Below, one piece after another: positions 36,163 to 40,824 of a DNA stretch of 40,824 bases. The DNA lies in IMG/VR virus record IMGVR_UViG_3300046050_000043, positions 1-40,824 of that record; one strand, given 5' to 3'. The notes below the pieces were generated by a model. That model did no database searches. It was not told where the DNA came from and saw only the letters and a program-made list of their open reading frames with translations. Position 1 is the stretch's first letter, and the number at the start of each line of letters is the position of its first letter. A program made the translations under genes and the position numbers. The stretch comes from a virus (Duplodnaviria > Caudoviricetes).

Positions 36163-37382
36163 CGAGCCTCGCCCAGCCGCGCCTGAAGCTGATGGGCGCG
36201 CCCCGCGAGGTGAAGCCCGGCGTCTACCACGTCACCGACCTCCTCCGACGCCCGGCGCGCACGATCGCCGCCTGGCACCTCGGCGAGGAGGCCCCCAGCG
36301 GCATCGACGGCTGGCTGGCCGCGCGCGGCAGCGGCCTCGAGGATCCCGCCCTCGACGTCATGGGGATCCCCGACGGATGCCGCCAGCCCGAGATCTATCT
36401 CGACCTCGAGGACGGTGCCGCCGTCACCGGCCACCCCGACTACGTGTGCGGCCTCGTCGAGGACGAGCCCCCGCAGGCGATTCATCCTCTCCACGAGGAC
36501 GACTACGATCTCCTCGAAATGGGGGAGGCGAAGAGCCAGCTCGGCACCGACGACCCCGCCCGCCGCGACCTGGCCGTCGAGCAGGCGCTCACGTACATCG
36601 GCCTTCTCGCGATGGGGGCCGACCTCTACCTCGACGGCGTCCCGATGGGCGGACCGGTCTCGATCGGGCAGGTGCGCCCCGTCATGGCGGGCCTGTATGA
36701 TTTGGACGACAGCGAGCCCGAGCCGGTGAACGCGGACGCCGCTCGCAGCCTCGCGGAGTACATCGCCGAGAAGGCGCGCGTCGTCCACGAGGCCGTCCAG
36801 GAGCAGGATCTCAGCATCTCGGAGGCCTTCGACGCTGAGAGGCCGCCGCGGATCGAGGACACCCAAGGCCCCCCGCCCGTCGCCGAGGGCGAGGAGGCCG
36901 AGATCGCCGACGAGACGATCCTCGCGAAGGTCGCGATGGACCACCTCGAGGACACCTACGACGGCGGCCGGGAGCGCTTCGAGGAGACCTGGCGCGAGGC
37001 GTGGCGGGACGCGGGCGAGCCCTGCCTCTCTGAGGCCGATCTCGAGACGCGCTTGGCTGCCCCCTGCGGTGCCCGCCTCCAGCTGTGGACACAGACCGAG
37101 ACCGTGGTGCACGAGAGCTCGACGCTCGAGCAGCTCGAGGACAAGCGAGACGAGCTCGAGCACAAGCTCGAGCAGGTCAAGCAGCAAGCGATTGAGGAGG
37201 TCCTCGAGGAGAACAGCGAGCTCGTCGCCGAGCTCGACCAGGTCGAGAACGAGCTCGCGGAGGAGCGCGAGGCCTGCACCGAGACCCGCAAGGTGCCCCA
37301 CTACGTGCGCTGCGTGGGCCACGGCGACCTGGATCCACGTGACGCGCTCAAGCAGCTCGTCGACGGGGACGGTGGTGCGTGA
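36159..37382 (+). CDS. RecB/Cas4-like PD-(D/E)XK exonuclease with C-terminal coiled coil
   Basis: YHVTDL, RG, E...VTGHPD...EAKS...EQALTY. Confidence 0.75.
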   Translation: MTSLAQPRLKLMGAPREVKPGVYHVTDLLRRPARTIAAWHLGEEAPSGIDGWLAARGSGLEDPALDVMGIPDGCRQPEIYLDLEDGAAVTGHPDYVCGLVEDEPPQAIHPLHEDDYDLLEMGEAKSQLGTDDPARRDLAVEQALTYIGLLAMGADLYLDGVPMGGPVSIGQVRPVMAGLYDLDDSEPEPVNADAARSLAEYIAEKARVVHEAVQEQDLSISEAFDAERPPRIEDTQGPPPVAEGEEAEIADETILAKVAMDHLEDTYDGGRERFEETWREAWRDAGEPCLSEADLETRLAAPCGARLQLWTQTETVVHESSTLEQLEDKRDELEHKLEQVKQQAIEEVLEENSELVAELDQVENELAEEREACTETRKVPHYVRCVGHGDLDPRDALKQLVDGDGGA

Positions 37383-37576
37383 TGGGGTCCCAGCTCGGCT
37401 ACGACCTCACGGATCCCGAGCGTGCCGTCGCTGCCCTCACGCACGTGCGCTCCGCTCTCGACTTGATCGCCACGATCGACAGCGCGAGCGTGGGGCCGCC
37501 GGCGGGTCGCCTGCAGCGCGTAGAGACCAAGCTCGAGCAGATGACGGGGGACCTGCTGCACGGAGGTGACGCCTGA
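37382..37576 (+). CDS. Hypothetical small protein
   Basis: TGATG coupling; ends in GGDA. Confidence 0.6.
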   Translation: MGSQLGYDLTDPERAVAALTHVRSALDLIATIDSASVGPPAGRLQRVETKLEQMTGDLLHGGDA

Positions 37577-38001
37577 TGGCGGATGCGGAGGCTGCCCGTC
37601 AGCGGCATATAGACCAGATCACGGATGCCTACGCGTTCGACACGCCCGATCGAGAGGGGATGTGCGAGGTGTGCGGGGAGGATTTCGAGTTCCGCTGGTG
37701 CGACTGTCACGGCATCGCGGCCTGTCTGACATGCGGCGCCCCGTACCGGCTCCTCCACTACGACGGGGACGAGCGCGTGGAGAAGCCGCCCGAGCTCCTG
37801 CTGAAGGACGGGTGGCTGGAACCGATGCAGCAGTACTGGGAGGATGCGGGTCGCAACATCGCGCCTGGCGCCTTCATGATGGGGCGCTCGGCCTACGACC
37901 CGGCCACGGAGGAAGACTACCGGGCTTTCGATGCGTGGTGCGAGGAGAACCAGGACCTGCTTCCAGACGGCCCCGATGTGGAGGCTCCCGAGGATGGCTG
38001 A
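37576..38001 (+). CDS. Zinc-finger protein (CEVC...CLTC)
   Basis: GGAGGTGA RBS; TGATG coupling. Confidence 0.75.
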   Translation: MADAEAARQRHIDQITDAYAFDTPDREGMCEVCGEDFEFRWCDCHGIAACLTCGAPYRLLHYDGDERVEKPPELLLKDGWLEPMQQYWEDAGRNIAPGAFMMGRSAYDPATEEDYRAFDAWCEENQDLLPDGPDVEAPEDG

Positions 38002-38146
38002 GCAGGAGAAGCTCGTGTGCGAAGCCTGCGGCGACACGCCCACGGTCTCGATCACGATCGGGCAGCGAGAGCGGGCGATCTGCCGCGCGTGCCGCGAGCA
38101 GCACCTGGACAGCCTCCTCGCGGGGGGCGGGGACGATGCCGGGTAG
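37994..38146 (+). CDS. Small zinc-finger protein (CEAC...CRAC)
   Basis: MAEQEKLVCEACG start overlapping the previous gene. Confidence 0.65.
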   Translation: MAEQEKLVCEACGDTPTVSITIGQRERAICRACREQHLDSLLAGGGDDAG

Positions 38147-38405
38147 CAGCGGGCGCCCGCGGAAGCCGTGCGATCGCTGCGGCGCGTGCCGCGAGTGCGA
38201 TACCCCGCCCGAACAGTTGGGCATGCAGGTGCAGGGCACCATGGTCCTTGCGTGCCCGGACTGCATCCAGGCCCGCGACGAGCACCGGATCCCGATCGCG
38301 CACAACCAGCCCACGTTCCGCGTCGAGCCGGACAGCGAGCTCGCCGAAGCGTTCCGCGAGATCGACGACGAACTCGAGGACGGGGAGGGGTCCCCATGGA
38401 GGTGA
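38136..38405 (+). CDS. Small multi-CxxC protein
   Basis: CDRCGACREC...CPDC with acidic tail. Confidence 0.6.
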   Translation: MPGSSGRPRKPCDRCGACRECDTPPEQLGMQVQGTMVLACPDCIQARDEHRIPIAHNQPTFRVEPDSELAEAFREIDDELEDGEGSPWR

Positions 38406-38677
38406 CGGGGACCGCGTTCGAGCGCCGGGTCGTGCCGGCTTCGGGTCGCGTGTACGCGCCCCGCGACTGGCGGGGGCACGATGTCGCGATCATCGTATCG
38501 CCCGAGGGCTTCACCGCCGACGTCGGCCCCGACGGCCTTGAGCGCATCAGCTTCCCGTCGATCGACAAGAAGCGCGTCGCCGCCCTCCCCGGCAACGGCG
38601 ACGGCAACCCCCAGCTCTACATCGGTGGGTCCTACGAGGGCGAGCAGGTCCTCCTCGTTCGTGACCCGATAGGCTAA
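38396..38677 (+). CDS. Tandem DUF2080/AbrB-like domain protein, paralog 1
   Basis: FERRVVPASGRVYAPRDWRGHDVAIIV and DKKRVAALPGNGDGNPQLYIGGSYEGEQVLLV. Confidence 0.6.
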   Translation: MEVTGTAFERRVVPASGRVYAPRDWRGHDVAIIVSPEGFTADVGPDGLERISFPSIDKKRVAALPGNGDGNPQLYIGGSYEGEQVLLVRDPIG

Positions 38678-38703
38678 GAAGGGGCAGCCCGTGGCGGCGC
38701 TCC

Positions 38704-39012
38704 GTGCCGTCACGGGACGCCTTCCAGCCAGCCGGCACCGACACCATCCCTGTCCAGGGCGTCAAGGTCACGGAGCCCAGCTCGAGCGGCGCCTGCTACG
38801 CTCCGCGCGAGTGGGCTGGCGCCACCGTCCTCGTCGTCGCGGCGCCTGACTGGTGGGAGGTCCGCGAGAACCCCAAGGGGGTTGAGATCCATTGGGAGGG
38901 CGGAGAGAAGGCGATCGAGGAGATTGGCGGCAACGTCGACGGCCAGCCTCAGGTCTACGTCGGTCGCGGCTACGAGGGTCGGACCGTCCTGCTCGCCCGC
39001 CTCCCCCCGTGA
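38704..39012 (+). CDS. Tandem DUF2080/AbrB-like domain protein, paralog 2
   Basis: CYAPREWAGATVLVV and GNVDGQPQVYVGRGYEGRTVLL; clearly similar to the upstream gene. Confidence 0.6.
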   Translation: MPSRDAFQPAGTDTIPVQGVKVTEPSSSGACYAPREWAGATVLVVAAPDWWEVRENPKGVEIHWEGGEKAIEEIGGNVDGQPQVYVGRGYEGRTVLLARLPP

Positions 39013-39015
39013 CCT

Positions 39016-39099
39016 GGGTACGCTTGTACCCCAACCTTTATGGTGCTTGGGTACATTCGTACCCTTGCAGGGGGCGCACCCCTGCAGGTGACCACGATG
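39016..39099 (+). promoter_or_regulatory. Promoter flanked by two GGGTAC-N4-GTACCC operators, then 5' hairpin and RBS
   Basis: Palindromes 39016-39031 and 39049-39064; CTTTAT 39036-39041; hairpin 39066-39086; GCAGGTGACCACGATG. Confidence 0.8.
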
Positions 39100-39432
39100 A
39101 CAACGAACACGAACCCGGACGACACGGTCCCCGCGAGCGAGGCCGCCTGGAGAACCGCCGAACACATCGCCACACAGCGAACCAACCACGGCGTCGAGCA
39201 AAACCCCACCTGGACCCCCGCCGACGGCTGCGACGGCTACTGCTTCCGCATGACCCACCCCGACCACGGCGACCGATTCGTCGAGGTCGTCCTCGCGGGC
39301 GCCCCCTCCGCCGACGACGAGGTCCCGGTCAGCGACGAGGACCACGTCGAGCGCGTCGGGATCTGGGAGGGCGACGTCGACGACCCCGACCTCATCGCGA
39401 CCCCCATCCGTGGGTCGGTCGACCCGGTGTAG
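39097..39432 (+). CDS. Hypothetical acidic protein
   Basis: GGTGA RBS, ATG 39097. Confidence 0.7.
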   Translation: MTTNTNPDDTVPASEAAWRTAEHIATQRTNHGVEQNPTWTPADGCDGYCFRMTHPDHGDRFVEVVLAGAPSADDEVPVSDEDHVERVGIWEGDVDDPDLIATPIRGSVDPV

Positions 39433-39457
39433 AGAGGCGGGTCTGGAGTTCACGACG

Positions 39458-39988
39458 ATGGAGATCCACGACCTCAAAGACGACCTGGGCATCCCCCTCG
39501 GCGATCCCCCCAGGCGATCCCGATCACCCGCCGTCGCCGCTGGGATGCACCGCCTCACCGTCGAGGCCACCGGCGACAGGTACCGCGCGCGCCTCGTCAG
39601 CGAGAACGGCCACGAGGCCACGTATGACGGCCTGCGCGGCGTCGTGGCCTGGGACGGCGACGACTGGACCCCCATCCAGCCCGAGACCGACACCCTCGTC
39701 TGCCACGAACGCGATCAGGGCGACCTGCACGCCCAGCTCACCACCGACGGCGTGCTGCGAACCTGGGAACGTCACGAACGGCCGGACCCGACCGTCGCCA
39801 TCCCCAGCCACATCCTGCGAGAACGGGGCACCCTCAGCGCCATGGAGGCCACCGTCCACTACCTGTGCGATGCGCCCGACGGCCCCGAGCTCCCCCAGCA
39901 CGAGGCGGCGGACGCGGTCGGCACCACCCGCGACCAGCTGTGGAAGCAGCTGCGACGTGCTCGCACCAAGATCGAGGACGAGGCGTAG
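39458..39988 (+). CDS. Protein with C-terminal HTH (sigma70 region 4/LuxR-like)
   Basis: LSAMEATV...PQHEAADAVGTTRDQLWKQLRRARTKI. Confidence 0.72.
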   Translation: MEIHDLKDDLGIPLGDPPRRSRSPAVAAGMHRLTVEATGDRYRARLVSENGHEATYDGLRGVVAWDGDDWTPIQPETDTLVCHERDQGDLHAQLTTDGVLRTWERHERPDPTVAIPSHILRERGTLSAMEATVHYLCDAPDGPELPQHEAADAVGTTRDQLWKQLRRARTKIEDEA

Positions 39989-40005
39989 CCCCACCCAACA
40001 CCCCC

Positions 40006-40072
40006 AAACTACTTACGTCCAGGACTAATTATTAGATATGCGGGCGGGGGGCGCCCGCAGGTGACCACGATG
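40006..40072 (+). promoter_or_regulatory. Promoter with CTAAT-T-ATTAG palindrome, 5' hairpin and RBS
   Basis: AAACTACTTAC 40006-40016; palindrome 40025-40035; hairpin 40039-40059; GCAGGTGACCACGATG. Confidence 0.7.
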
Positions 40073-40669
40073 ACCACGACGCAACACGCCGACCACGACA
40101 CGAGCGACGGGCCGCGCCGAGTCCAGGTGACTGCCAGCGACCTCGCTGCCCTCCTCACAGACGCCGTCGGCCGACCAGGCCGCGAGAGACGCACGATCCT
40201 CCGCGTCTGGGACGAGGTGGCCGAGCAGGGCACCAGCGTCCAAGGCCGGACCCTCTGGTGGGACGGCGAGCGCGATGCGCCCGACGGCCAGATCCGAGCG
40301 GTCGAGGACTGGCTCGATGCGGCCCAGACATATGTCGGCGGTCGCATCGAGTCCGTGGCCGATCTGGGCCGCGCCGTGCTCGCATGGTGGGACCGGAGCT
40401 CGGGGCTGCGCGAGGAGATCGACACCGAGGAGGACCTCCAAGAGGAGGCCCGCGACAGCGCCGACGTCTGGGTCGACCACCAGGACATCCTGCACGATGA
40501 GGAGGGCATCCCCGCCACCCTCCACCTCCACGACGAGCACGGCACAGAGCAGATCCGCCTGGTCACGGACCTCGACGAGCTGCGCGAGGTCCTCCGCGAG
40601 TGGGCCACCACCGCAGCCGAGACCCAACTCCGCCAAGCCCTCGACATGCCCGACGGGGAGGACCGCTGA
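40070..40669 (+). CDS. Hypothetical acidic protein
   Basis: GGTGA RBS, ATG 40070. Confidence 0.72.
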   Translation: MTTTQHADHDTSDGPRRVQVTASDLAALLTDAVGRPGRERRTILRVWDEVAEQGTSVQGRTLWWDGERDAPDGQIRAVEDWLDAAQTYVGGRIESVADLGRAVLAWWDRSSGLREEIDTEEDLQEEARDSADVWVDHQDILHDEEGIPATLHLHDEHGTEQIRLVTDLDELREVLREWATTAAETQLRQALDMPDGEDR

Positions 40670-40824
40670 TGCCCGCCTACTGGTTTGAGACCCAGCAGGC
40701 CGCCTGCCGGAACGACCAACACGGCAGCCGGGCCATGCGCGACGCCGAGATCACGACGCAGATGGGGAAATACAAGCGTCGGGTCCTCGTCTGCGACGCG
40801 TGCGGCGACCCCATCCACTACGAT
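40669..40824 (+). CDS. Partial small zinc-binding protein (runs off the window)
   Basis: TGATG coupling; MPAYWFETQQAACRND...CDACGDPIHYD, open at the end. Confidence 0.6.
   Translation, partial: MPAYWFETQQAACRNDQHGSRAMRDAEITTQMGKYKRRVLVCDACGDPIHYD

Larger units (their letters stand above)
1..40824 (+). mobile_element. Tailed dsDNA virus (Caudoviricetes, siphovirus-like) or provirus, near-complete, probably of a halophilic archaeon
   Basis: Canonical order terminase-portal-protease-capsid-neck-tail tube-chaperone-tape measure-tail tip; no sheath gene recognised; D/E-rich proteins; no host housekeeping genes. Confidence 0.93.

Noticed and set aside
36159-37382. cas4 adaptation gene belonging to the type IV system
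   Set aside because: Far from the csf genes, no cas1/cas2, Fe-S Cys pattern incomplete, and paired with an annealing protein like ordinary viral exonucleases
1-40824. CRISPR array or mini-array for the csf operon
   Set aside because: No regularly spaced direct repeats of about 25-40 bp seen in any intergenic region; the only regular repeats are coding (tape measure)

Overview
The window looks like a near-complete, probably circularly permuted genome of a high-GC tailed (siphovirus-like) virus. Acidic proteins, archaeal TATA-like promoters and GGAGG/GGTGA ribosome-binding sites point to a halophilic archaeal host. Almost all genes are on the + strand. Layout: (1) 1-810, an apparently non-coding, hairpin-dense region; (2) 0.8-8.9 kb, small accessory genes, a ribbon-helix-helix regulator behind inverted operator blocks, an Hjc-like resolvase and a complete type IV-B CRISPR-Cas-like effector operon (csf1-cas11-csf2-csf3-small ORF-cysH) with no array, cas6, cas1 or cas2; (3) 8.9-33.3 kb, virion genes: terminase, a PAPS sulfotransferase-like gene, portal-MuF fusion, protease/scaffold, capsid, neck, tail tube, frameshifted chaperone, tape measure and three large tail-tip proteins; (4) a minus-strand surface protein gene; (5) 34.3-40.8 kb, early genes with a Rad52-like annealing protein plus exonuclease, DUF2080-like paralogs and repeated promoter-hairpin-RBS modules. 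No integrase, polymerase, primase or helicase was recognised. The best novel-system candidate is the virus-borne, array-less IV-B complex together with the upstream structured RNA region, and possibly the sulfotransferase. All family calls come from motif recognition by eye, not database searches.
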